Shown here piece after piece: positions 1 through 9,332 of a stretch of 64,000 nucleotides of DNA; positions within the stretch are counted from its first letter, which is position 1, and each line of letters begins with the position of its first letter. The notes beneath the pieces were generated by a model. It had not been told where the DNA came from, did no database searches, and was given only the letters and a program-made list of their open reading frames with translations. Position numbers and translations under genes: made by a program. Source of the stretch: an uncultured Gemmatimonadales bacterium (GTDB lineage: Bacteria > Gemmatimonadota > Gemmatimonadetes > Gemmatimonadales > JACORV01); the NCBI GenBank assembly GCA_964550365.1, contig CAZJZC010000001.1, positions 12,863 through 76,862 on the forward strand, read 5' to 3'.

Positions 1-552
1 CCCCACCATGGTGACCACGGCGGTATCGCCGGCATGGCGCACGGTGGCCACGATGAGCGACTCGGCGCCCATCGGCAGGATGCCGAAGGCGGTGTCGCGC
101 CCGGCCGAGCGGGACGCCAGTTCGGCGATGAGGCTGACCGTCTGTGTCGGCGCCACCGCGTCGGGCCGCAGGGCCAGCGCGCGCGTCTGCATGGTCCCGC
201 GCCCGGCCGTGACCACCAGCGAGTCGCCGCGCATCTCGGCCGTGTACCGCCCGCGCAGGGTGTCACCGGCGGCGTTCCAGGCCTCGGCCTCGAACCGCAC
301 GAAGCGGCCGGCGGCATAGGTCGCGCGGCTGTCGAGCTTCAGCGCCAGCAGGGGGATGGTGACACTGCGCTCGATGCGGCCGTCGGCGGACCGATAGGTC
401 TCGCGGCCGACCTCCCTGCCGGCCTGGTTGAAGCGGTAGAGCCGCGTGGCGGCCGGCTCCTGCGCCAGGGCGCTCGCCACGCCGACCACGCCGGCGCACG
501 CGACGGCGAAGGTCGAAGCAGTGAACCTGGAATCCACACGCCAATGTCTCAT
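1..552 (-). CDS. Hypothetical secreted protein, 3'-truncated by the window edge (first 184 codons present)
   Basis: Open minus-strand frame from ATG at 552 to position 1. It is absent from the ORF track because it has no in-window stop. Translation MRHWRVDSRFTASTFAVACAGVVGVASALAQEP... has a signal-peptide-like N-terminus. Third codon positions are strongly G/C. AAGGGGA lies 5 nt upstream of the ATG. Confidence 0.5.
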   Translation of the reverse strand, partial: MRHWRVDSRFTASTFAVACAGVVGVASALAQEPAATRLYRFNQAGREVGRETYRSADGRIERSVTIPLLALKLDSRATYAAGRFVRFEAEAWNAAGDTLRGRYTAEMRGDSLVVTAGRGTMQTRALALRPDAVAPTQTVSLIAELASRSAGRDTAFGILPMGAESLIVATVRHAGDTAVVTMVG

Positions 553-558
553 CGGAAT

Positions 559-638
559 CCCCTTACCCTTGCCTATCACCTATCACCCCTCACCCCTCAC
601 CCATCCCCAACCCTCTCACCCACCCCCATCACCTACCC
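559..638. repeat. Strand-asymmetric C-rich tract with tandem heptads (YMTCACC); G-run rich on the minus (transcribed) strand
   Basis: About 80 nt of plus strand contain a single G (pos 571). Four in-phase heptads TATCACC TATCACC CCTCACC CCTCACC occupy 574-601, followed by degenerate copies. The minus strand reads GGGGGTGGGTGAGAGGGTTGGGGATGGGTGAGGGGTGAGGGGTGATAGG. Confidence 0.6.
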
Positions 639-795
639 GCTCCTTCGTCCGAAGCCTGCCCGCCTTCACGACCTCCCGCCGCAGGACGAACTCGATCTGG
701 GCATTGAGCGAGCGCAGCTCGTCGGCCGCCCAGCGCTGCAGCGCTTCGTGCAGCTCCGGCTCGATCCTGAGGAGGAAGGCGCGGCGCTCAGCCAC
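616..795 (-). CDS. Small ribbon-helix-helix (Arc/MetJ-like) DNA-binding protein, 59 aa
   Basis: GTG at 795 to TGA at 616-618, not in the track as such. Translation VAERRAFLLRIEPELHEALQRWAADELRSLNAQIEFVLRREVVKAGRLRTKERVGDGGG. A beta-strand (FLLRI) followed by two helices is the RHH pattern. It lies 40 nt downstream of the SPFH gene on the same strand. Confidence 0.55.
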   Translation of the reverse strand: MAERRAFLLRIEPELHEALQRWAADELRSLNAQIEFVLRREVVKAGRLRTKERVGDGGG

Positions 796-835
796 TACCC
801 CGCCCGCTCCGCTCCGGCCGGCTCGGGCGGCCGCA

Positions 836-1768
836 TCAGTAGAGCGACCCGGCGTTGACCACCGGCGTGGTGTTCTGCTCGGAGCACAGCACCACCAGCA
901 GATTGCTCACCATCGCCGCCTTGCGCTCCTCGTCCAGCCGGACGATCGCCTTGTCGCTGAGCTGGGTGAGCGCCATCTCGACCATGCCCACCGCGCCCTC
1001 GACGATCTTCTGGCGCGCCGCGATGATCGCGCTCGCCTGCTGGCGCCGCAGCATGGCGCTGGCGATCTCGGGCGCGTAGGCCAGGTGGCTGATGCGGGCC
1101 TCGAGCACGTTCACGCCCGCCTTGGCCAGCCGGTCCTGGATCTCGCCCTTCAGCTTCTCCGCCACCACGGCCGTGTTGCCGCTGAGCGAGACCTGCCCCT
1201 CGTCGTGCGCGTCGTAGGGATACTGGTTCGCCAGGGCGCGCAGGGCCGCCTCGCTCTGGACGTGCACGTAGTTCTCGTAGTCGTCCACCTCGAACATCGC
1301 CTCGGCCGAATCCACCACCTGCCACACCACCACGGTGCCGATCTCGATCGGGTTCGAGTTGACGTCGTTCACCTTCAGCTTGGCCGTCTCGAAGTTCCGC
1401 ACCCGGAGCGAGATGCCCTTCTTGGTGAAGAACGGGTTGGCCCACCACAGGCCCGCCTGGCGCACCGTGCCCACGTAGCGGCCGAACAGCTGCAGCACCT
1501 TGCCCTGGTTCGGGTTCACCACGAAGAACCCCGCCAGCAGGACGGTCCACACCGTCCACGCCAGCGACTCGACCACGATGCGCGCCGTCGCCTGCGCCCT
1601 GATCGCGGCCACGAACTCGGCGCCGAGCGCGATGCCGACCAGCAGCAGGACGGCGATCATGAGCAGGCCGGGCACGGCCTTCTTCTCGATTTCCCGGATC
1701 ACGATGGTACCGCTCCATTCCGCCAAGGGTAATAGCGAAATGATATCATCATGATACCGACCCGTCAA
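836..1768 (-). CDS. SPFH/band-7 (stomatin/prohibitin-like) membrane protein
   Basis: 310-aa ORF with an N-terminal TM segment ([17 protein letters not shown]). An SPFH-like core follows ([30 protein letters not shown]), then a coiled C-terminal part. The true start may be an internal Met. Confidence 0.88.
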   Translation of the reverse strand: MTGRYHDDIISLLPLAEWSGTIVIREIEKKAVPGLLMIAVLLLVGIALGAEFVAAIRAQATARIVVESLAWTVWTVLLAGFFVVNPNQGKVLQLFGRYVGTVRQAGLWWANPFFTKKGISLRVRNFETAKLKVNDVNSNPIEIGTVVVWQVVDSAEAMFEVDDYENYVHVQSEAALRALANQYPYDAHDEGQVSLSGNTAVVAEKLKGEIQDRLAKAGVNVLEARISHLAYAPEIASAMLRRQQASAIIAARQKIVEGAVGMVEMALTQLSDKAIVRLDEERKAAMVSNLLVVLCSEQNTTPVVNAGSLY

Positions 1769-1804
1769 GTGGCTGTGGAAGTCGTTATGTCACAACAGGT
1801 TGGA

Positions 1805-2890
1805 TCAGCGCTTCTTGTCCTGGCCCCGCTGGCGGAGGGCCTTGGCGGCGACCTTGTCGGATCGCTTCCGCTCCACGGCGGCCCGCTGGTCCTCGCGCCG
1901 GGCCACGTGGGCGAGCTCGGCCGTGAGCTTGTGCCAGCTCTCGAGGCGTTCGGCGTCGAGCCGGCCCTCGGCGACGGCGGCCTTCACGGCGCAGCCGGGT
2001 TCGGGGCCGTGGGTGCAGTCGCCGAAGGCGCAGGCCCGCGCGAGCGCCTCGATGTCGGCGAAGGCGGCCCCGATCCCCTCGTCGGCGTCGAACAGCTGGA
2101 GCTCGCGCATGCCGGGCGTGTCGATCAGCAGGCCGCCGCCCGGCACCGCGACCAGCTCGCGCCACGTGGTGGTGTGCCGGCCCCGGGCATCGGCCGCGCG
2201 GACCTCGGCCGTCGCCTGCCGCTGGTAGCCGACCATCGCGTTGATGATGGTGCTCTTGCCGACCCCCGAGGAGCCGAGCAGGGCGCCGGTGCGGTGGCCC
2301 GCGAGACGGGCGAGCAGGGCGTCGATCCCCTGGCCGCTCGTGGCGCTGGTGAGCAGGACGCTCACGCCGGGGCTCACCTGTTCCGCCGCGTGCACCAGGG
2401 GCCCGGGATCGGCGCACAGGTCGGCCTTCGACAGCACGACCACGGGCGCGGCGCCGCTCTCCCAGGCCAGGGCGAGGTAGCGCTCGAGTCGGCGCGGATT
2501 GAACTCCGCGTTGAGGGAACTCACCAGGAACACCACGTCGATGTTGGCGGCGACGATCTGTTCGTCGGTCTCGCGGCCGGCGACCTTGCGGGTGAACACG
2601 CTGGTGCGCGGCAGGACCGCCTCGATGAGGCCGAGCCCGCCGGCCGCCGGGCGGGTCAGGGCGACCCAGTCGCCCACCGCGGGCAGGTCGCGCCGCTGTT
2701 TCGCCCGGTGGCGCAGGCGGCCCGACAGGGAGGCCTCGACCTCGCCGTCCGCGGCGTACAGCTCGAACACGCTGCGGTGCTCGACGGCGACCCGGGCCGG
2801 CACCAGCCCGTCCTCGGCGTACCGCGCGAAGGCGTCGGCGTGGCCCGCATGCCAGCCGAGCGCGGTCAGCGCGGCCGGGGCGTCGCTCAT
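1805..2890 (-). CDS. rsgA: Ribosome small-subunit-dependent GTPase A
   Basis: 361 aa with circularly permuted GTPase order: SKADL (G4), GSSGVGKSTIIN (P-loop), DTPGMRE (G3). C-terminal zinc knuckle CAFGDCTHGPEPGCAV. Confidence 0.93.
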   Translation of the reverse strand: MSDAPAALTALGWHAGHADAFARYAEDGLVPARVAVEHRSVFELYAADGEVEASLSGRLRHRAKQRRDLPAVGDWVALTRPAAGGLGLIEAVLPRTSVFTRKVAGRETDEQIVAANIDVVFLVSSLNAEFNPRRLERYLALAWESGAAPVVVLSKADLCADPGPLVHAAEQVSPGVSVLLTSATSGQGIDALLARLAGHRTGALLGSSGVGKSTIINAMVGYQRQATAEVRAADARGRHTTTWRELVAVPGGGLLIDTPGMRELQLFDADEGIGAAFADIEALARACAFGDCTHGPEPGCAVKAAVAEGRLDAERLESWHKLTAELAHVARREDQRAAVERKRSDKVAAKALRQRGQDKKR

Positions 2891-2903
2891 GGCGCCGTGC
2901 CGT

Positions 2904-4289
2904 TCAGCGGGGGGCCGCCCGGGGCAGGCGTTCCGGCATGTCGGCCACCACGTAGATCATCACGGCCATGGCGGCCACCGACTGCGCCATCTCGCGCGGG
3001 TCGATCTTGTCGGGCGTATCGGCCTCGCTGTGGTGGAACCAGAAGTAGCGCATGCCGTCGACGGCGAGTCCCATGCCGGGCACGCCGCGCTGCATGATGG
3101 GGTTGATGTCGGCCCCGCCGCCGCCGCGGGCGATGCTGTCGGCCCCCAGGGGCCGCAGCAGCGTGGCGATGTGGCGCACGATGGCCAGCGCGCTGTCGGT
3201 CCCGCCGAACCCGAAGCCCCGCGGCCGGAACACGCCGCCGTCGCTCTCCAGCGCCAGCACGTGGTCGTCCAGCTCGGCCGCGTGGGCGTCGCGGTAGGCC
3301 AGGCCGCCGCGCAGGCCGTTCTCCTCGTTGGTCCACCCCACGACCCGCACGGTGCGGCGCGGCCGCAGGCCCAGGCGCTGGAGCAGGCGCACCGCCTCCC
3401 AGGCCGCCACCACGCCGCCGCCGTCGTCCACCGCGCCGGCGCCGACATCCCAGGAATCGATGTGGCCGCCGAGCACCACGACCTCGCCGGGCAGTTCGCG
3501 GCCGACCAGCTCGCCCATCACGTTGCGCGAGGGCGCGTCGGGCAGGGTCCGGGCGCTCATCCGCAGGCGCACCACGGGCCGGTCGCCGCGGGCGGCCATC
3601 CGCCTGAGCATGGCGCTCTCTTCCACGCTGATCGCCGCGTGCGGGATCGGGCGCACGGTGGAGTCGTACTGCATCGCGCCGGTGTGCGGCGTCCGCAGCG
3701 AGTACGCGGCCGCCGAGCCGATCAGCGAGGCGACGGCGCCGGCGCGCGCCGCCTCGATCGCGCCGCGCGAGCGGAACTGCACGTTGAAGCCGTAGCTGCG
3801 CCACGGCACGTCGAACAGCACGATCTTCCCGCGCGCCTCGGCGGCCCGCGTCCGCAGTTCCTCGAAACTGCCCACCACCAGCACTTCGGCCTCGATGCCG
3901 CCGCGCGGCGTGCCGATCGAGCCGCCCAGACCCAGCATGGCGATCGGCGCACGGCGCGGCCGGACCAGCTCCAGCGACTCCGCGCCCCGCACCCAGTGGG
4001 GCACCATCACCGGCTCGCCGCGCACGTTCTCCAGGCCGTCGCGCCGCATCTCGGCGATGATCCAGTCGATGGCGTCCTCGAGCGCGCGCGAGCCGCTGAG
4101 CCGGTGGCCGAAGCGGTCGCTCAGTTCGGCGAGCCGGTTCCAGGCGCTGGAATCGCGCTGGGCGGCGGCGATGATCGACTCGGCGGCCGGGCGGTACCGC
4201 TCGGCCAGGGACTGGGCGCCGAGGGGCGCGGCGGCGAGGGCGGCGGCGGCGATCACGGCGACCGGCGCGGCCCCGAAGCGGATGGTCAT
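2904..4289 (-). CDS. M28-family zinc aminopeptidase/carboxypeptidase with PA domain (secreted)
   Basis: 461 aa with a signal peptide ending APLGAQS. Metal-ligand regions GGHIDSWDVGAGAVDDGGG, GWTNEENGLRG and FHHSEADT are present. Confidence 0.9.
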   Translation of the reverse strand: MTIRFGAAPVAVIAAAALAAAPLGAQSLAERYRPAAESIIAAAQRDSSAWNRLAELSDRFGHRLSGSRALEDAIDWIIAEMRRDGLENVRGEPVMVPHWVRGAESLELVRPRRAPIAMLGLGGSIGTPRGGIEAEVLVVGSFEELRTRAAEARGKIVLFDVPWRSYGFNVQFRSRGAIEAARAGAVASLIGSAAAYSLRTPHTGAMQYDSTVRPIPHAAISVEESAMLRRMAARGDRPVVRLRMSARTLPDAPSRNVMGELVGRELPGEVVVLGGHIDSWDVGAGAVDDGGGVVAAWEAVRLLQRLGLRPRRTVRVVGWTNEENGLRGGLAYRDAHAAELDDHVLALESDGGVFRPRGFGFGGTDSALAIVRHIATLLRPLGADSIARGGGGADINPIMQRGVPGMGLAVDGMRYFWFHHSEADTPDKIDPREMAQSVAAMAVMIYVVADMPERLPRAAPR

Positions 4290-4416
4290 GGGGCTAAGCT
4301 AACACGGGCCGTGCCGGCCCGGAGGGTCGGCGGGGCACGACGCGGATGCCCGCGGCGCCGCCGGAATCGTCGGGCAGGGTGCGCACGCCCGCCGGCGCCG
4401 ATCCGCGTGCCCGCCG

Positions 4417-5664
4417 TCAGTCGAGCGCGACGTCGAGCGCGGCATGGGCCGCGCGCAGGGCCGCCACGGCGGTAGCGGCGTCGGCGGCGCGCGCGAAGAT
4501 GAATCCGAGGTAGCGGCTGCCCTCGGGCAGGGGCACCAGGCGCTGGCCGCGATGCGCCGTGATCTGCACGTCATCCACCCAGGGCACCAGCTTCGCGGCG
4601 CCCACGCCCCGCACCTCGCGCAGGACGCCCGCGCGCGGAGTGGGGACCATCATCACGGCCGCCGCCTCGTCCTCGCGGGTCCAGTCCTCGGCCGGGATCG
4701 CGAATCCCAGCGCGTGGGCCAGCAGCAGGTCCTCCAGGCTCCGGCGCCGCGGGCCGAACCGCAGGACGGCGCCGCACCGCCCGCCGATGGGCCGGGCGGC
4801 CAGCTCGATCAGCCAGGGCCCGGCCTCGTTCCACCGCACCTCGGCGTGCACCGGACTCCGCCGCAGGCCGAGCGCCCGGGCGGCGCGTTCGACCAGCGCG
4901 GCGATGGCCTCCTGCGCCGCCGGGTCCATCCCGCTCGGCGTGGCGTAGATGGTCTCCTCGAAGAACGGGCCGTCGAGCGGGTCGGGCTTGTCGAACAGCG
5001 CCAGCACCCGCAGGCGCCCGCCGACCATGACGCCCTCGAGCGCCACCTCCCGCCCCGGCACGAACCGCTCGCACAGGAACAGGCCGGCGTCCTCGCCGCA
5101 GGCGCGGCGCGCCTCGGGCTCCTCGAGGATGCGCCGGATGCGTTCGGCCGCGGCCACGAAGGCGCCGGCGTCGTCGGCGCGGATGACGCCCCGGCTCATC
5201 GACAGGCGCGTCGGCTTGAGCACGCACGGGTACCGCGCCGCCCGCGCCAGCGCCGGGAGGTCGTCGTCGAAGCGATGCAGGGTGAAGGCCGGCACGCGCA
5301 CACCGGCCTCGGTCAGCAGGCGCCGCTGGAGGTGCTTGTCCCTCGCCGCGAGGCAGGCCTCCGGCGCATCGTGCGGCAGGCCGAGCGCCCGGGCGACGTG
5401 GGCCGCCACCAGGGCGGTGTCGTCGTCCACGCCCGCCACGGCCGCCACGGTGTGCACGGCGGCGAACGCCTGCGCCCCGGCGGCCGCGCGGTCGGCCCGC
5501 GCCAGGTCGAGGGCCAGCAGGCGGTCGGGCTGGGCGCCCGCCATGGTGCTGACGTGGTCGGAGGCGATGGTGAGGTCGGCGTCGAGCCGCAGGGCGGCCG
5601 ACACGTAGGCGTCGGCGCGGTAGGTGGTACTCGGCAGCAGCAGCAGCAGGCGCGGGCGGCTCAC
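4417..5664 (-). CDS. ATP-grasp domain protein (substrate unknown)
   Basis: 415 aa with ATP-grasp hallmarks DKHLQRRLLTEAGVRVP, YPCVLKPTRLSMSRGV, FLCERFVPGREVALEG and WLIELAARPIGG. Confidence 0.82.
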   Translation of the reverse strand: MSRPRLLLLLPSTTYRADAYVSAALRLDADLTIASDHVSTMAGAQPDRLLALDLARADRAAAGAQAFAAVHTVAAVAGVDDDTALVAAHVARALGLPHDAPEACLAARDKHLQRRLLTEAGVRVPAFTLHRFDDDLPALARAARYPCVLKPTRLSMSRGVIRADDAGAFVAAAERIRRILEEPEARRACGEDAGLFLCERFVPGREVALEGVMVGGRLRVLALFDKPDPLDGPFFEETIYATPSGMDPAAQEAIAALVERAARALGLRRSPVHAEVRWNEAGPWLIELAARPIGGRCGAVLRFGPRRRSLEDLLLAHALGFAIPAEDWTREDEAAAVMMVPTPRAGVLREVRGVGAAKLVPWVDDVQITAHRGQRLVPLPEGSRYLGFIFARAADAATAVAALRAAHAALDVALD

Positions 5665-5706
5665 ACGGGAACATCCGCCGGCGCCGGCCGGCCGGTCAAC
5701 CCGGGT

Positions 5707-6303
5707 CTACTTCTTGGCGGAGGCGAAGTACGGGTCGGCGCCCGAGGCGTGGTCGGTCACGTCCACGATGGCCGCGACCTCGGGGGCCAGCTCCTTGACG
5801 GTCGTCTCGATACCCTGGCGCAGGGTGACCGACGCCATGCCGCACCCCTGGCAGCCGCCCTGCATCCTGAGGAGGACCACGGCGTCCTGCACGTCGATCA
5901 GCTCGACGCGTCCGCCGTGACCGGCGACCATCGGGTTAATGCGGGTATCGAAGATCATCGAGACCTTGGAGAACAGCGCGTCGTCGCCGGCCGGGTCGAA
6001 CGCGGCCGGGCGCGGCGCCAGCGGCGGCCGGCCGGTGGCCAGCGCGGCGCGGATGGCGGCACCGACGGCCTTGCCCGTCACCTGCCACGGCGCGGTGTCG
6101 CTCTTGGTCACGGTCACGCTCGGGCCCGAGACCACCACGTCGGTCACGCCGGGGATCGCGAACAGGCCCTCGGCCAGCGGCGAACCGGCGGCCTCGGCGG
6201 CCGACCGGAACCGTCGCGCGCCGCCCTCGAGCAGGGGCACGCCCAGGGTGAAGGTGCAGCGCTTGTTGTCGGCCGGTTCGGCCGTGATGCGGACCTCGCT
6301 CAT
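5707..6303 (-). CDS. NifU/Nfu-type Fe-S cluster assembly/delivery protein
   Basis: 198 aa. The C-terminal Nfu domain carries a CxxC pair (LLRMQGGCQGCGMASVTLRQGIE). Confidence 0.86.
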   Translation of the reverse strand: MSEVRITAEPADNKRCTFTLGVPLLEGGARRFRSAAEAAGSPLAEGLFAIPGVTDVVVSGPSVTVTKSDTAPWQVTGKAVGAAIRAALATGRPPLAPRPAAFDPAGDDALFSKVSMIFDTRINPMVAGHGGRVELIDVQDAVVLLRMQGGCQGCGMASVTLRQGIETTVKELAPEVAAIVDVTDHASGADPYFASAKK

Positions 6304-6418
6304 GTCCCGTAAGATACACCGGGCCCTGCGAGAGGGCAGCCGCTCGGCGCGGCGGGCCTCCGGGCCTTAACGAATCGCCGCCGCGGCGGTAGCTCCAAGG
6401 CAGGACCCCGGAGGAACC

Positions 6419-7648
6419 GTGCCCCTGAGACCGCGCCACGTCGTCCGACTCGCCGCCGCGCTCGCCCTCGCGGCGCTCACCCTCGTCCCGCCCGCCGAGG
6501 CCCAGCGCGCGCCGCGCCGCCCCCGCCTCGCCGCCGACGCCGACACCAACGACGCCCGCGCCTATTTCATGTACGGCCTCGAGCGCCTCGAGCGCACGCC
6601 CGGCCTGGCCGCGCCGGCCTTCTACTGGGCCGCCCGGCTCGAGCCGCTCTCGCCCACGGCCTGGTGGGCCCAGTACATGGCGCAGGTCCTCGGCGACGCC
6701 CAGCGGCTGGTCCGCATCGTCCAGCGCGACCCCGTCGCCCTTGCCAGCCCGGAGGTCCGGGCGCTGGACTCCCTGCGGCTCCGGGCCGACATGCGCGACC
6801 CGTTCTTCCATCGGGAGTGGGAGGCGCCGAAACTGCTGGCCTATGCCCGGAACGCCGCGCGCCGCGAGGAGTGGTTCGGCACGTCCGAGGATGTCGGCAC
6901 CACCGGCATCGTGCGGGCCACCGAGCGGTACTTCGAGAGCGGCGACCTCTACAGCCGCGGCCTGCTGTTCTATGGCCAGAACGAGCTGCGCAGCGCGCTC
7001 CAGTACTGGGCCCTGGCCCAGCGGACCCGGGAGCTGGCCTGGATCACCGCCGAGCGCGGCCGGGCGTTCGTGGAACTGCGGCAGGGCGACAGCGCGCGGG
7101 TCGCGTACACCCGGGCGCTGGAGCTGGCGCGCCGCGGCTACGACCCCGCCGAGCACGGTCTCCACGAGACGCCGGCCGCCTGGGGCTACGCCCTCGGCCG
7201 CCTGCTCGAGGACCGGCGGAACACCGCCGCGGCCCGCGCGGCCTACGAGGAGGTCATCGAGCGCGACCCGGCCTTCTACCCGGCGAACCTGCGCCTGGCC
7301 GACCTCCTGCTCCAGGCACGCGACACCGCGACGGCGCTCTTCCGCCTCGGCCTCGCCCTCGGCGCCGGCGGCGGAGAGTACTTCACGCAGGTGCATGCGG
7401 CCGCGACCTACAGCAGGATGGGACGGCGCGACTCGGCGATGGTGCGCCTGCGGCGCGCCACCGAGCTGGAGCCGTGGGCCTCGGGGGGCTGGCTGCTCTA
7501 CGGCCGCGCCGCCGACGCCGTCGGCGACACGGCCGCCGCGATCGGCGCCTTCGAGCGGTTCCTGAGGCTGGCCCCGCGCGACGACCTCGGACGCGGGACG
7601 GTCACCCCCAGGCTGGACGCGCTCCGGGCCGCGCGGGCCCGCGACTAG
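6419..7648 (+). CDS. Secreted TPR-repeat protein
   Basis: 409 aa with GGAGG 5 nt upstream of GTG 6419. Signal peptide LAALTLVPPAEAQ. Repeated A/Y/L-rich helix pairs are typical of TPR (ARAAYEEVIERDPAFYPANLRLADLLL, GRRDSAMVRLRRATELEPW). Confidence 0.75.
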   Translation: MPLRPRHVVRLAAALALAALTLVPPAEAQRAPRRPRLAADADTNDARAYFMYGLERLERTPGLAAPAFYWAARLEPLSPTAWWAQYMAQVLGDAQRLVRIVQRDPVALASPEVRALDSLRLRADMRDPFFHREWEAPKLLAYARNAARREEWFGTSEDVGTTGIVRATERYFESGDLYSRGLLFYGQNELRSALQYWALAQRTRELAWITAERGRAFVELRQGDSARVAYTRALELARRGYDPAEHGLHETPAAWGYALGRLLEDRRNTAAARAAYEEVIERDPAFYPANLRLADLLLQARDTATALFRLGLALGAGGGEYFTQVHAAATYSRMGRRDSAMVRLRRATELEPWASGGWLLYGRAADAVGDTAAAIGAFERFLRLAPRDDLGRGTVTPRLDALRAARARD

Positions 7649-7700
7649 GGCGAGGCGGCACGCCCGCGCGGTCGGCGGCGCTGCGCGAGACGGCCATTGA

Positions 7701-9263
7701 TCAGCTCGCCGCGCGCCACTCCGGCCCGAGCCGGGCCATCAGCACGGCGAACAGCTCGATGCCGTCCCAGAGGTTCTGGAGCCGCAGGTTCTCGTTCGCG
7801 CCGTGCTGGTTGTTGTCGTGGTTCACCGTCGGCAGGGTCACCAGCGGCGCGCCGAGCACCTCGGCGAAGATGTTGAGCGGCAGACTGCCGCCCAGCGTGG
7901 GGACCTGGATGAGCGGCGCATCCAGCGACGGCTCGATGGCCCGCACCACGGCGCGGGCGAACGGCGCGTCGAGCGGGGTGCGCTGGGCCGGATAGCCGCC
8001 CGAGCCGAAGGCCGCGCGGACGATGCGCGGATGCCGCGCCCGCGTCGCCGAGTCCGGTTCGGCCTCCACGACGTGCCACCCCTCGCGCACCAGGTGGGCG
8101 CGCACCGCCTGCCGCACGTGCCCGGGCGTCTGGTCCGGCACCAGCCGCACGCCGAAGGCGGCCGTGGCGCTGGTGGGGATGACGTTGGCCGCGCCGGCGC
8201 CTACCCGCGCCATCTCGATGCCCTGGAGGTTCAGCGCCGGCAGCATGAGGCGTTCCATCAAAGGCGCGTTGCCGGCCTCGGTGGCCGCCAGGCCCAGCTC
8301 GCCCCGCAGCTGGGCGTCCACGTCGGGCACCGCGGCCAGCGCGGCCCGTTCGGCCGGCGTGACCGGCCGCACCTGGTCGGCGAAGCCCGCGATGCGCACC
8401 TGACCGTCGGCTCCGCGCATCGAGGTGATCAGCTCGGCGAGCAGGATGCCGGGGTTGGGCGCCCAGTTGCCGTAGTGGCCGCTGTGCAGGGGCCGCACCG
8501 GCCCGTAGACGGTGAGCTGGAAGCCCATGGACCCGCGCACCCCGAACACCACCTGGGGCCGGCGTGACTGGTGCACCGGGCCGTCGCAGAAGATCCAGGC
8601 GTCCGCCTGGAGCACGTCGGCGTAGCGCGTCAGCATCGCCCGGAGGTTGGGCGAACCGGCCTCCTCCTCGCCCTCGAAGAAGAACTTCAGGTTCACGGAC
8701 GGCCGGCGGCCCGAGGCGCGCAGGGCGTCGAGCGCCGCCAGCATCATGACGATCGGCGACTTGTCGTCGCTGGCCGACCGGGCATAGAGCCGCCACTCGC
8801 CGTCGATCGGGGCGTCGGCCGCCGGCGCCGCCACCTCCGTGCCGCCGGCCTCCAACGGGCGGTCGCGCAGGAGGGGCACCCACGGGTCGCCGGCCCAGCG
8901 CGCCCGGTCCACCGGCTGGCCGTCGTAGTGCGCGTACAGCACGACGGTGCGCGTCGCGCCCGGCACCCGCAGCTCGCCGAACACCGCGGGCGGCGCGCCC
9001 TCGAGCTCGAGCAGGCGCGGCTGGATCCCGCGCCGCCGCAGCATGGCGGCGATCGCCTCGGCGTTGCGGCGGATGCCGGGCGCGTCGGACGCCAGGTTGG
9101 GGATGGCCAGCAGGTCGGTCAGTTCCCGCAGGACCGCGGCCTCGTTGGCGCGGCGCCAGGCGCGCGCATCGTCGCGGACGGCGCGCGCGTCGGCGGCGCG
9201 CTGGGCCGCGAGCGGCGCGGCGATGGTGACGGACGCGAGAGCGGCCAGCAGTGCACGGTGCAT
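7701..9263 (-). CDS. M20/M25/M40-family dipeptidase (secreted)
   Basis: The 1308-aa track ORF was trimmed to ATG 9263, which has AGGAGGAG 6 nt upstream. Signal peptide SVTIAAPLAAQ. Motifs YAHYDGQPV, SASDDKSP, FFFEGEEEAGSP and NHDNNQHGANE are present. Confidence 0.9.
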   Translation of the reverse strand: MHRALLAALASVTIAAPLAAQRAADARAVRDDARAWRRANEAAVLRELTDLLAIPNLASDAPGIRRNAEAIAAMLRRRGIQPRLLELEGAPPAVFGELRVPGATRTVVLYAHYDGQPVDRARWAGDPWVPLLRDRPLEAGGTEVAAPAADAPIDGEWRLYARSASDDKSPIVMMLAALDALRASGRRPSVNLKFFFEGEEEAGSPNLRAMLTRYADVLQADAWIFCDGPVHQSRRPQVVFGVRGSMGFQLTVYGPVRPLHSGHYGNWAPNPGILLAELITSMRGADGQVRIAGFADQVRPVTPAERAALAAVPDVDAQLRGELGLAATEAGNAPLMERLMLPALNLQGIEMARVGAGAANVIPTSATAAFGVRLVPDQTPGHVRQAVRAHLVREGWHVVEAEPDSATRARHPRIVRAAFGSGGYPAQRTPLDAPFARAVVRAIEPSLDAPLIQVPTLGGSLPLNIFAEVLGAPLVTLPTVNHDNNQHGANENLRLQNLWDGIELFAVLMARLGPEWRAAS

Positions 9264-9332
9264 CGGAGCTCCTCCTGGCCGGGAATATGGCGGTTGCGTA
9301 CCCGTGTCGCGACGAGGCACCTTCTCCCGCCT

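Noticed and set aside
34-1732. Plus-strand ORFs 34-858 and 446-1732 in the first 2 kb
   Set aside because: They are antisense to the secreted-protein fragment, the RHH gene and the SPFH gene. Their composition is low-complexity Pro/Arg/His-rich and there are no start-site signals.
2904-5664. ATP-grasp enzyme plus M28 peptidase as a peptide-ligation/RiPP-like pair
   Set aside because: The genes are separated by 127 bp containing a small GC hairpin (4305-4319). No short precursor-like ORF is visible, and the peptidase carries its own signal peptide. The adjacency looks incidental.
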